64,000 bases of DNA. It comes from Chitinophaga pinensis. GTDB lineage: Bacteria > Bacteroidota > Bacteroidia > Chitinophagales > Chitinophagaceae. This document shows, piece by piece, positions 38,742 through 47,449 of the stretch. The notes under the pieces were generated by a model. The model was given only the letters and a program-made list of their open reading frames with translations, was not told the origin of the DNA and searched no databases. The first letter of the stretch is position 1. Each line of letters opens with the position of its first letter. The stretch covers positions 6,078 through 70,077 of the forward strand of contig CAMDFC010000003.1 of assembly GCA_945897185.1 (NCBI GenBank), in the 5' to 3' direction. Both the position numbers and the translations under genes were made by a program.

Positions 38742-39762
38742 TTTCATTGGGCGTTACCTGGATACCTAAACCAGGTAATGTTGATGGATGTAAATGAAAA
38801 TCTGTATAGGAGATCCCAGAGGCTAAATCATCTTTTAGCAGTAAGGGGCCATCAGCATCTAAATAATCTGCCATAGGCGCAAGATGCGCTAGTGCAGCAG
38901 TCCCAATGGTACACTCATTCATGGAACCCAGCATAATTTTGAGACCATTAAGACGTGCTCTCTTAATCATTTCAAGTGCAGGTGAAATACCACTGCTTTT
39001 GGTCAATTTTATATTGATACCAGCAAAAATACCGATACACTTTTCAACATCGCCAACGCCCACACAAGATTCATCTGCAAAAATTGGAATAGTTGTCATT
39101 TTTGAAAATACACGCGTATCCTCGTATGCATCTTTTGGAAAAGGTTGTTCAATCAATTCCAGACTTAAAACCACAAGTGTTGGAAGCATTTCAATAGCTT
39201 GATCAAGTGTCCAACCCCCATTGGCATCAATTCTAATTTTTGAATTGGTTTGAGATCTTATTTGAACTAGATTCTGCAAATCAGCCTCCCCTCCTACCTT
39301 GATTTTGTAAATAGGTGAAGGATGTAGTTTTATTTTATTCAACATAATTTCAATGCTATCAATACCAATGGTGTAATCAGTAATAGGAGCAGTATTTAAA
39401 TCAAGCTTCCAAATTTCATATAAAGGTTTATTTCTGATTTTTGCATATAAATCCCAACCGGCCATATCTAAAGCGGAAACTAGAAATGGATTTTTAGGAA
39501 AGAGATGGTGCAAAAAATGCCAAAATCGTTTAGGTTCTGTAAATGAAAAATTTTCGACAAATTTAATTTTGACATTCAAATCCTTCTCCATTTGATCAAC
39601 CGTAATGTCATAATAAGTTATAGCAGGAGCTTCCCCATAAGCCTTAATTCCTCTCCATTCCAATTCTACAACAAAGGTGGGTTGGTGAGTTTTTGTACCC
39701 TTTGAAATAGTAAAAGGATATTCAAAAGCAAGTTCTTTTTTCCAGTATTTAATTTTAAACAT
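38734..39762 (-). CDS. Dipeptide epimerase (L-Ala-D/L-Glu epimerase-like, enolase superfamily)
   Basis: FTISKGT, YGEA, ALDMAGWDL, IYKIKVG, IRIDANGGW, IEQP, ADES, NIKLTK and DADGP. Confidence 0.88.
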   Translation of the reverse strand: MFKIKYWKKELAFEYPFTISKGTKTHQPTFVVELEWRGIKAYGEAPAITYYDITVDQMEKDLNVKIKFVENFSFTEPKRFWHFLHHLFPKNPFLVSALDMAGWDLYAKIRNKPLYEIWKLDLNTAPITDYTIGIDSIEIMLNKIKLHPSPIYKIKVGGEADLQNLVQIRSQTNSKIRIDANGGWTLDQAIEMLPTLVVLSLELIEQPFPKDAYEDTRVFSKMTTIPIFADESCVGVGDVEKCIGIFAGINIKLTKSSGISPALEMIKRARLNGLKIMLGSMNECTIGTAALAHLAPMADYLDADGPLLLKDDLASGISYTDFHLHPSTLPGLGIQVTPNEIN

Positions 39763-42455
39763 TATCTACCACTTGATATGATGCAGTATTGAAAATCTTT
39801 GTTGAAGTTATCCTTTTTAATAAGCTCTTCAATGGGCATATGCATTCTATATCTCCAATAATGTTTGGGATCTCCAGGAATATTTATTCTTTCATCACAA
39901 GGATTGGATATGCGCATGTTATCGTGAATAGCAAATATATCTTGTAATTGAAAAACAGCCCACATGGCTGGTGAAGCCAGGTGTTGCAATATAATTGAAC
40001 GCACAATATGGGTATTGGCTTCATCAGGTGCTGTACCGTGTTGCCAGAGTTGGTTATTGTAGAATAATTGGCTATTCTTTTTGTCTTCTAGCCACCATTC
40101 TCGTAAGGTGCTCATATCATGGGTTGAAGGAGTAACTACCGTCAAATAATTTGCATGAGCAGGATCGAAGAAAATTAAATTTGGTTGTTTTGGCATGCGC
40201 TGTACTTCCATACAGAGAAAACCGAGGTAAGACATGATTTCTGGAACAGATTTTGGAACCATGCCTAAATCTTCTCCACAAACAAGCATATCTGTACATT
40301 TTTTTAGTGCAGGTAGTTTTTCAATCGCCTCAACCCTCCAGATGGATTCCTGACGGTTGAAAAAATAATCATTGTACATCTCATGCAGTTGATTTTTTAC
40401 ATACTCATCAAGGTGTTTAAAAGAAGTAGTACTAGCTGCATTGAATCTAAAATGATACTGCCCTTCAGCATGCTCATCTTTCCAAAGAACTACGTTGGTA
40501 TGAAGATTGAATAAAATTTGTTTTAATTGACTGTTTTCTTTTGTTTCAGGTAAATGATTAAAATGGATTTCAATAAGTTTTTGGGTAGAGAAGGATTTCT
40601 TAAAAGCATAATTTCCATCTGACTTTTTATCCAAGAATCCTTTAATAATATCATCCAACCCCAAAGCAGTTTCATGAATTACAGAATCATTTATATAGGG
40701 TAAACACAATCGATTTTCATGAAGCCAAATTCCTCTTTGTTCAAACTCTTCTTTAAAAAAGGGAATTGCTGGTACAAATCTACCCATGATTCCTTCGACT
40801 GCATGATCGGGTATTGACCAAATTCTGAAGAAACCAAGAATATGATCTATTCTGAATGCATCAAAATAATTTGACATTTGTTCAAACCTATTTTTCCACC
40901 AAGCGAATCCATCGGATTTCATTTTCTCCCAATTATAAGTAGGAAATCCCCAATTTTGTCCGGATACCGCAAAGTCATCTGGAGGTGCACCCGCCTGTTT
41001 ATCCAAATGATACAAAGCAGGTTCTGTCCATGTATCTGCACCATGTCTATGAACCCCAATAGCGATATCGCCTTTTAGAATAATTCCATTTTTATTTGCA
41101 TAATCATGTGCATCCTTCAATTGTAGATGCAGTTGATATTGTATAAAATAATGAATTGCAATTCTATCAAATTGTGGTGTATTTGGTTTACTAAGTTCTA
41201 GTATGGATTGGTTGTTATACACTTGATAACTTCCCCACTTTGATGCATCAGGAGAACCAAACTTATCCCTCAAATAGCTATAGGCTGCATAAGGAACAAG
41301 CCAGTTTTTATTTTGATTAAAAAAACAAGTGTACGATTCATCGGCGAAAACATCGTCTTTCATAACATCATATAACGTATACAATGCATCCCATTTTAAT
41401 TCCATTACTGCTTCGTAATCAACTCCAACAGTAGAATTGAGTGTTTCTTTTTTTTGAAGGTGACTCTTTATTTGTTGAGCATACTTTTTACCGGCAACAG
41501 TTTCTAAAGAAATATAAAGCGGGTGAAGTGCAAAGGCAGAAATCGCAGCATATGGGTAAGAATCGAGCTTAGAATGAGTTGAAGTAGTATCATTAACAGG
41601 CAGCAATTGAATCATTTTGATGGATACCAATTTTGCCCAATCCACCAATTTTTTAATATCTGTAAATTCTCCTACTCCCAATCCGTCATGGGTTCTTAAA
41701 CTAAAAACAGGTATTGCAATTCCAGAACCTCTCCATTTTTTATCCTCTCTAACATATACGTCTTGAATAAGTAAAGTCTCAATATTTTTTTGTGGGTACC
41801 GGAACATCCTGTTCTCCCCATATTCAAATCTAAGTTGACCAGACTCGTTATTAAAAATGCAATATTTGTATTCAAATGCTTTAGATAATGCATCCATTGC
41901 AATGTCTATATACCAATTGTAACCATTGAAGTACATTTTTAAATGACCATCCAATGTCCAATTACCTAATTGTTCTGAATCTCCACTAATACATACAATT
42001 TCGTTTGAATTGAGCATAGGTGATTTTACAGAAAATCTTACCATTCCTTTTTCTACAGGTTGGGCAACAGCAACTTTATGAGATTTTTCAAAAACTTTTA
42101 TAAAAGGACTGGTGTAAAAATTATTCTCTACAAGACCCATGTCAATCCAAGAGTCAACGATAGTTAAACCATCCTGGAAATAGGCTAGATCATTTTTCCT
42201 AATGACTCCCCAATCTTCGTTTACTTGTCCTTTTTCATCAACAAATTGATATGCATATGTTGATTGTGATGCAGGTTCTGAAACTTTTTCCCGTTGTTCA
42301 AAATTGTACTTCCAATACCAATGATTATGGTAAACCATATCTTCAGAAACTAGAGGGAGTAAGTTGTTTTCTTGAATACGTTCACGAATTATCTTCAGTT
42401 TTTGTCCTGGTTTGGTCGAAAATCTAAGAAATAGATCAATCTTCATCTGATTCAT
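39762..42455 (-). CDS. malQ: 4-alpha-glucanotransferase (GH77, DPE2-like with N-terminal CBM20-like domains)
   Basis: GIAIPVFSLR, QLLPVNDT, SYPYAAISAFALHP, LKGDI, GAPPDDF..GQNWGFPTY, RIDHILGFFRIW, GEDLG and STHD. Confidence 0.93.
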   Translation of the reverse strand: MNQMKIDLFLRFSTKPGQKLKIIRERIQENNLLPLVSEDMVYHNHWYWKYNFEQREKVSEPASQSTYAYQFVDEKGQVNEDWGVIRKNDLAYFQDGLTIVDSWIDMGLVENNFYTSPFIKVFEKSHKVAVAQPVEKGMVRFSVKSPMLNSNEIVCISGDSEQLGNWTLDGHLKMYFNGYNWYIDIAMDALSKAFEYKYCIFNNESGQLRFEYGENRMFRYPQKNIETLLIQDVYVREDKKWRGSGIAIPVFSLRTHDGLGVGEFTDIKKLVDWAKLVSIKMIQLLPVNDTTSTHSKLDSYPYAAISAFALHPLYISLETVAGKKYAQQIKSHLQKKETLNSTVGVDYEAVMELKWDALYTLYDVMKDDVFADESYTCFFNQNKNWLVPYAAYSYLRDKFGSPDASKWGSYQVYNNQSILELSKPNTPQFDRIAIHYFIQYQLHLQLKDAHDYANKNGIILKGDIAIGVHRHGADTWTEPALYHLDKQAGAPPDDFAVSGQNWGFPTYNWEKMKSDGFAWWKNRFEQMSNYFDAFRIDHILGFFRIWSIPDHAVEGIMGRFVPAIPFFKEEFEQRGIWLHENRLCLPYINDSVIHETALGLDDIIKGFLDKKSDGNYAFKKSFSTQKLIEIHFNHLPETKENSQLKQILFNLHTNVVLWKDEHAEGQYHFRFNAASTTSFKHLDEYVKNQLHEMYNDYFFNRQESIWRVEAIEKLPALKKCTDMLVCGEDLGMVPKSVPEIMSYLGFLCMEVQRMPKQPNLIFFDPAHANYLTVVTPSTHDMSTLREWWLEDKKNSQLFYNNQLWQHGTAPDEANTHIVRSIILQHLASPAMWAVFQLQDIFAIHDNMRISNPCDERINIPGDPKHYWRYRMHMPIEELIKKDNFNKDFQYCIISSGR

Positions 42456-42564
42456 TTGTACAAGGTGTACAATTTAGACATAATTTAAAAAAGGCTACGG
42501 CATAGTCCTTAAATATTTTACTGAAATTGAATTAATTAAGTTTTCGGTTAATCATTTGCCATTG

Positions 42565-42572
42565 TATATTTG
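42565..42572 (+). promoter_or_regulatory. -7 promoter element (TATATTTG) upstream of the small ORF
   Basis: Exact TAnnTTTG match 18 nt before the ATG at 42591. Confidence 0.6.
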
Positions 42573-42590
42573 CAAAATAAATCAAGCAAG

Positions 42591-42740
42591 ATGACCAAAA
42601 GTCAAAAAAATACGTATTGGATATTGTTTTTTCTTTCTCTTGTCCTAATGGCTGGCGTTTATATTTTTGTGCCTGCATTTTTTTCTCTAACGGTAGTACC
42701 TGTAGTTACTACATTCACTAAGGCGCTAGACCTTATCTAA
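42591..42740 (+). CDS. 49-aa membrane microprotein absent from the ORF track (MTKSQKNTYWILFFLSLVLMAGVYIFVPAFFSLTVVPVVTTFTKALDLI)
   Basis: ATG...TAA translated by hand; basic N-terminus, two hydrophobic segments, A-rich translation initiation region and upstream promoter element. Confidence 0.72.
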   Translation: MTKSQKNTYWILFFLSLVLMAGVYIFVPAFFSLTVVPVVTTFTKALDLI

Positions 42741-42929
42741 AAAATTAAAAAACATGAGTATAACTGCTTAAATTAAGCAGATTACACCCTTTTGTGCATA
42801 AGACTATCAACAAAAACCAATTTAGTTAGTATTTATTCAAAGTAATCGCATTTTTACTTTACTTTTCTATATTTTTACTGTATAAAAAGTATTTTTTTAG
42901 AATTTTTTTAATTTCATTAACTAATAAGT

Positions 42930-42960
42930 TTTGGAGTTTAACAAATAGGCCTTACCTTTG
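42930..42960 (+). promoter_or_regulatory. Consensus Bacteroidota promoter (-33 TTTG 42930-42933; -7 TACCTTTG 42953-42960)
   Basis: Both elements with a 19-nt spacer and AT-rich upstream DNA; about 100-nt leader to the ATG at 43064. Confidence 0.75.
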
Positions 42961-43063
42961 CATTCTATAATAAGGAAACATTCAACAAAAGAGTCAATAT
43001 AAATAATACTCTAACACAATATATGGTTCTTTGTTATACATAGTACTCTTAATTTTAATTTTT

Positions 43064-43525
43064 ATGAAACGTTTTATGAAAGTGTCGATGAATCTTGTGG
43101 CCGTGGTGGTAATCTTGTTTAGTAATGGTCTTCCCATGAAAGTAAATGCTTTTGAAGTAAACGACAGTCTTATTACTAAAAAAGTAATTGCTCAAAACCT
43201 TAATGATGATGTTAAGCAATCAAAAATCTCTGTGCCAGGTTTTCAAATGTTCAAAAAGGCAGATAAGGAAATAATTTCTCAAATGAATGAGCAGATTGCT
43301 GAATTATACAATTTCAAATGGATCTCTTTTGGTTTTGAAAAGGCTGACGAAACTATTCAAACCAATTTCTACGAAAGTTTTAAGGTTTTACAGTTCAATA
43401 ATATCGACAAAAGTGACGATTTGATAAATAGTAGCTTCAGAAGGGAAAACATCAATAGATTAAGTTATTATACTTTTGAAAAGGCTGATAATCACATAAA
43501 TTATCAATTTCATTTAAAAGATTAG
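43064..43525 (+). CDS. Hypothetical secreted protein with four internal repeats; start 43064 or 43076 preferred over TTG 43031
   Basis: Signal-peptide-like N-terminus; repeats FKKADKEIISQM / FEKADETIQTNF / IDKSDDLINSSF / FEKADNHINYQF. Confidence 0.68.
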   Translation: MKRFMKVSMNLVAVVVILFSNGLPMKVNAFEVNDSLITKKVIAQNLNDDVKQSKISVPGFQMFKKADKEIISQMNEQIAELYNFKWISFGFEKADETIQTNFYESFKVLQFNNIDKSDDLINSSFRRENINRLSYYTFEKADNHINYQFHLKD

Positions 43526-43567
43526 TTTGAAATGAGACTCATTGAAGTTGGTTTAGTTTGGTAAACG

Positions 43568-43596
43568 AAAAGCCCTCCATTTTTGGAGGGCTTTTT
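43568..43596. terminator. Bidirectional intrinsic terminator between the repeat protein and rnpB
   Basis: AAAAGCCCTCCA-TTTT-TGGAGGGCTTTT. Confidence 0.88.
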
Positions 43597-43601
43597 CAAT
43601 A

Positions 43602-43972
43602 AGTTGCCGCAAGTAATAAGCCGGATTCTGTACGAGGCTATCATTTATCTGTCCCGTTAGTTACCCAACGGGATCAAGCTGCCTACCCATCGTGGCCTCA
43701 AAAGAGGGGGAACGAGTCACTCCCCAAACAAGTTTACCACGACCTATGTGGCATTTCAGCACGCAAGGTTTACCCCCAACCAATATTACTATTGGCTGCC
43801 GGGAGCTCTTACCTCCCGTTTTCACCCTTATCTACCAGAAGGCAGACGGTAATTTTCTGTGGCACTTTCTGTTTCCGTTATTAATGGAACCCGGCTTTTC
43901 ACCGGTGCGACGCTCTAGGCTGTCCGGACTTTCCTCGTTGTTTTACCAACGCGATAGCGTATTGCGGCAATT
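43602..43972 (-). ncRNA. rnpB: RNase P RNA (bacterial type A); ends approximate
   Basis: Minus strand has GAGGAAAGTCC, AGTGCCACAGAAA, GGGTGAAA, GGTAAACC and ACAGAATCCGGCTTA; P1 formed by TTGCCGCAA / TTGCGGCAA; TAATTTTG promoter element at 43973-43980. Confidence 0.97.
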
Positions 43973-44022
43973 CAAAATTAAATGAATTAATTAATAACGA
44001 TGATTTATAAAATGTTGGGGGG

Positions 44023-44766
44023 TTATTTTTTTTTGACCTTAAATCCTGCCAATATGAGTTTTTTAAGATCAATGCTGCCATCATCCTCCTCCTCTTGCTC
44101 AGGTAATTGATTTTCTATTTCACTTCCTTTTAAGGGATAGTTTTCAAAGAGCTGGATATTAAATGATGCTTTTTGTTGTTGCAACACCTCGTTGGCTAGT
44201 TTGAAAATCTGTTTTGCTTTGGGCTTATAATCATGATTAAAACTTCTCGCTTTAAAATTATTTTTTTCTGTGAGTTCAAAAACAAAACTAAATTTTGGGT
44301 GATCATTTAATTTTTCTAAAGAAAGATCAATTAAATACAACTCATCCAATGCCCTTACAGTACTTTTTAATTCGATCTCTTTTAATGAATTAAAAAACAT
44401 AGAAAAATTTAAAACCAGACCGTCATCAGTATGGTTCAAAAAATAAATCTTGAAATGAGAAATGATATCATCGTCAAAAATATTTTTATCCAATACAGGA
44501 TAAAAGGATAGCCAAACTCCATCTCGTTCAATTATCTTTTCGGGTTTTTTTTCCCTTCTCGGTATCTCAGATGATACACTCTTCTTATTTTGTACTTTGG
44601 GCGAAGAAAAATCAGCGAAATAGGGAAAATCAATTTGATCTGCATGTACGGGGAAACTTACTCCACCTACGTCAATGGTCAACATTTTCTTACTGATCCA
44701 TTCAACTACAACACCTTTTTCTTGAGTTGCTGAAACAACTATTTTATCTCCTTCCTGAAACTTCAT
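44023..44766 (-). CDS. Bacteroidota Smr/DUF2027-type protein apparently lacking the C-terminal Smr domain
   Basis: MKFQEGDKI..G.V..QIDFPYF N-terminus and DGVWLSF.PV central region; ends at DLKKLILAGFKVKKK with no DLH...IHGxG motif. Confidence 0.62.
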   Translation of the reverse strand: MKFQEGDKIVVSATQEKGVVVEWISKKMLTIDVGGVSFPVHADQIDFPYFADFSSPKVQNKKSVSSEIPRREKKPEKIIERDGVWLSFYPVLDKNIFDDDIISHFKIYFLNHTDDGLVLNFSMFFNSLKEIELKSTVRALDELYLIDLSLEKLNDHPKFSFVFELTEKNNFKARSFNHDYKPKAKQIFKLANEVLQQQKASFNIQLFENYPLKGSEIENQLPEQEEEDDGSIDLKKLILAGFKVKKK

Positions 44767-44767
44767 T

Positions 44768-46429
44768 TTAGTTGTTTAACTTGCTGTTCTTATAGCCGTA
44801 AATCAAATAAATCAACAAACCTAAACTCATCCAACCAAAGAAAAAAATCCAACTGATTGCAGGAATTTCTACCATTAAATAAAGGCAGCATGTAACGCCA
44901 AGAACTGGAACTAAAGAATATTTTTTAATAAAGCAATACACTGCAAGAATTCCAGTGAGAAGCATAAAAATAATGAATAGTATTTCCTGATATCCTTCGT
45001 TTCCAAGGTTTTCAAAAGCTGCAACTGTTCTATCGAAAAAAAGATATGACCCGAGTAGATAAATTATTGGAAAGATAAATTGTGCGTTAATATAGGGAAT
45101 TGAGAATTTACCTTTTTCCTTCACAATACGCGGTAAATACAATACTCCTCCACTTACTAAAACAAAAGCAAACAAGGTTCCAATACTTGTTAAATCGGTT
45201 ACGAGTTTATCATCAATAAACAAGACCAACCCCGATACAAGAACACCCGCTACAATAGTAGCAAATCCAGGGGTCTGGTATTTCTTATTCACCTTTGAAA
45301 ATGATTTTGGCAATAACCCATCTCTACTCATCGACATCCAGATTCTTGGTTGTCCCAATTGAAAAACCAACAGTACACTGGTGGCAGCAATAACAGCAGT
45401 AACCGAAATAAAGAAACCAACTTGTTGCATATTAATTCTATCAAAAACAAATGCAAGAGGATCAGTTACATTTTCAAATTCAGAATACTTTACCAACCCA
45501 GTTATCACTAGGGCAGTAACAATATATATAATCGTGCAAATGATAAGTGAGTAGATCATCCCTTTGGGTAAATCCCTCTGGGGGTTCTTACATTCCTCAG
45601 CTGTTGTGGATATGGCATCAAAACCAATATAGGCGAAGAATACTGCAGAAACACCTTTAAGTACGCCAGTCATTCCATTGGGTAAAAAAGGAGTCCAGTT
45701 GCTTGTTGTATCATTTGAAAATATATACCAAAAACCAATTAGGGCAATCAAGAGTAAAACCACAATTTTGATAATTACCATGAAGTTTGCTGTTTTTTTA
45801 CTCTCCTTAATTCCAACATAAGCCAACCATGTAACCAAAACAACAATTACAAATGCAGGAAGATTAATAATAAAGGGAATACCAGCAATTTTTGGAGCCG
45901 TATTGTAAACCAGTGAGGTTATATCTTTACCTGCAGCTACTGCATCTTGATTAATCTTGTATGCGGTTTGAAATCCAACACTGAGCCAATCTGGAAGGTG
46001 AATTCCAATGGCACTTAAAATATTATTAAAATAAGCGCTCCATGAAATTGCAACTACTATATTTCCTATAGCATACTCTAGTATTAGTGCCCAACCAATA
46101 ATCCATGCAATTATTTCACCAAAACTGATATATGAATATGTATACGCACTTCCAGCAACAGGAAAGCGTGAGGCAAATTCTGCATAACACAGGGCTGTGA
46201 AACCACAGGTAATGGCAGTAATCACAAATAACAAGATTACTCCAGGCCCACCATTAAACGCAGCAGCACCAATAGTTGAGAATATACCACCTCCAACTAC
46301 AGCAGCAACCCCCATCAAGGTAAGGTCTTTTACGGTCAACACTCTTTTTAGTCCTGAATCTTCTCCTTTGTTTAAGGTACCATTAGAAGAAAGTTCATTT
46401 AATATTTTTTTTCTAAAAAAATTTCCCAC
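44768..46429 (-). CDS. APC-family amino acid permease
   Basis: GLKRVLTVKDL..GVAAVVGGGIF, ALCYAEFAS..P.AGSAYTY, FAYIGFDAISTTAEE.KNPQRDLPKG and MSRDGLLP. Confidence 0.93.
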   Translation of the reverse strand: MGNFFRKKILNELSSNGTLNKGEDSGLKRVLTVKDLTLMGVAAVVGGGIFSTIGAAAFNGGPGVILLFVITAITCGFTALCYAEFASRFPVAGSAYTYSYISFGEIIAWIIGWALILEYAIGNIVVAISWSAYFNNILSAIGIHLPDWLSVGFQTAYKINQDAVAAGKDITSLVYNTAPKIAGIPFIINLPAFVIVVLVTWLAYVGIKESKKTANFMVIIKIVVLLLIALIGFWYIFSNDTTSNWTPFLPNGMTGVLKGVSAVFFAYIGFDAISTTAEECKNPQRDLPKGMIYSLIICTIIYIVTALVITGLVKYSEFENVTDPLAFVFDRINMQQVGFFISVTAVIAATSVLLVFQLGQPRIWMSMSRDGLLPKSFSKVNKKYQTPGFATIVAGVLVSGLVLFIDDKLVTDLTSIGTLFAFVLVSGGVLYLPRIVKEKGKFSIPYINAQFIFPIIYLLGSYLFFDRTVAAFENLGNEGYQEILFIIFMLLTGILAVYCFIKKYSLVPVLGVTCCLYLMVEIPAISWIFFFGWMSLGLLIYLIYGYKNSKLNN

Positions 46430-46440
46430 TGTGGTTTTAT

Positions 46441-47406
46441 TTATTTATCCCTGGTAATTAAATAATAAGCGAGTTCTCTCAAAGATTCTTTTCTTGCCTT
46501 GGAGACAGCTATTTCATCCAAATGGGAGATTGCATTTGTTAAATATTGTTCTTTTAAAGCGTTAGCCCAAGTATCTATACCACAAGCTTTAAAAACGACT
46601 AAGATGAGTTCTATTTTGTTTACTGGATTTTCAGCAATAGCACTTAAAAGTATTTCACGCATTTCTCCAGTAGCCGTTTCTAGAGCATGAATCATTAGAA
46701 AAGTCTTTTTATTGCTTTGAATATCCCCACCTACTTGTTTTCCGAATTTTGTGGGATCCCCAAAAGCATCTAAATAATCATCCTGAATTTGAAAAGCAAT
46801 TCCAAGGTTACGACCAAACTCATAAATATGATTTTGATTTCCTTCGCTTGCACCACCAACAATTGAACCCAACTGTAAACTGGCTGCAAGTAATACAGAG
46901 GTTTTGAGTTCGATCATTTTAATGTATTCAGGTAAGGAAACCGTATGCATTTTCTCAAAATCCATATCGTATTGCTGACCTTCACAAACTTCCTTTGCAG
47001 TTTTATTAAACAAAGCCAAAACGTTTTTCAAATAGTGTGCTTCAATTTTATTTATATAGTCATAGGCCACAACCATCATCGCATCGCCGCCCAATAGAGC
47101 TGTTGGTTCACCATGAACAGAATGAACTGTTGGCTTACCTCTTCTCAAAGGAGCTCTGTCCATGATATCATCGTGCACAAGTGTAAAGTTGTGGAACAAT
47201 TCAATTGCAGCTGCAATGTGGTATGCATCTTGGTGAATTTCACCAAACAATTCGTTACCCAACAAACACATAACTGGTCTTATGCGTTTTCCACTGTTCA
47301 ATAAAAACTCTTCCAATGGATCATATAAAGAAGAAGGATCTCTTGGGAAATGCCTGTGTGCAAAATAAGACTCAAATGATTTCTGTAATTTTTCTAAACC
47401 TGACAT
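46441..47406 (-). CDS. Polyprenyl diphosphate synthase (IspA/GGPP synthase-like)
   Basis: GKRIRP, FTLVHDDIMD..RRG, EGQQYD, KTSVLL and FQIQDDYLD..GKQVGGDI. Confidence 0.93.
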   Translation of the reverse strand: MSGLEKLQKSFESYFAHRHFPRDPSSLYDPLEEFLLNSGKRIRPVMCLLGNELFGEIHQDAYHIAAAIELFHNFTLVHDDIMDRAPLRRGKPTVHSVHGEPTALLGGDAMMVVAYDYINKIEAHYLKNVLALFNKTAKEVCEGQQYDMDFEKMHTVSLPEYIKMIELKTSVLLAASLQLGSIVGGASEGNQNHIYEFGRNLGIAFQIQDDYLDAFGDPTKFGKQVGGDIQSNKKTFLMIHALETATGEMREILLSAIAENPVNKIELILVVFKACGIDTWANALKEQYLTNAISHLDEIAVSKARKESLRELAYYLITRDK

Positions 47407-47449
47407 ACGATTAAGCTATGCTCTAAGATAGCAAATGAACGTTGAATGT

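Noticed and set aside
43692-44084. ORF-track frames 43692..43985 (+) and 43899..44084 (-)
   Set aside because: They are shadows over the GC-rich RNase P RNA gene.
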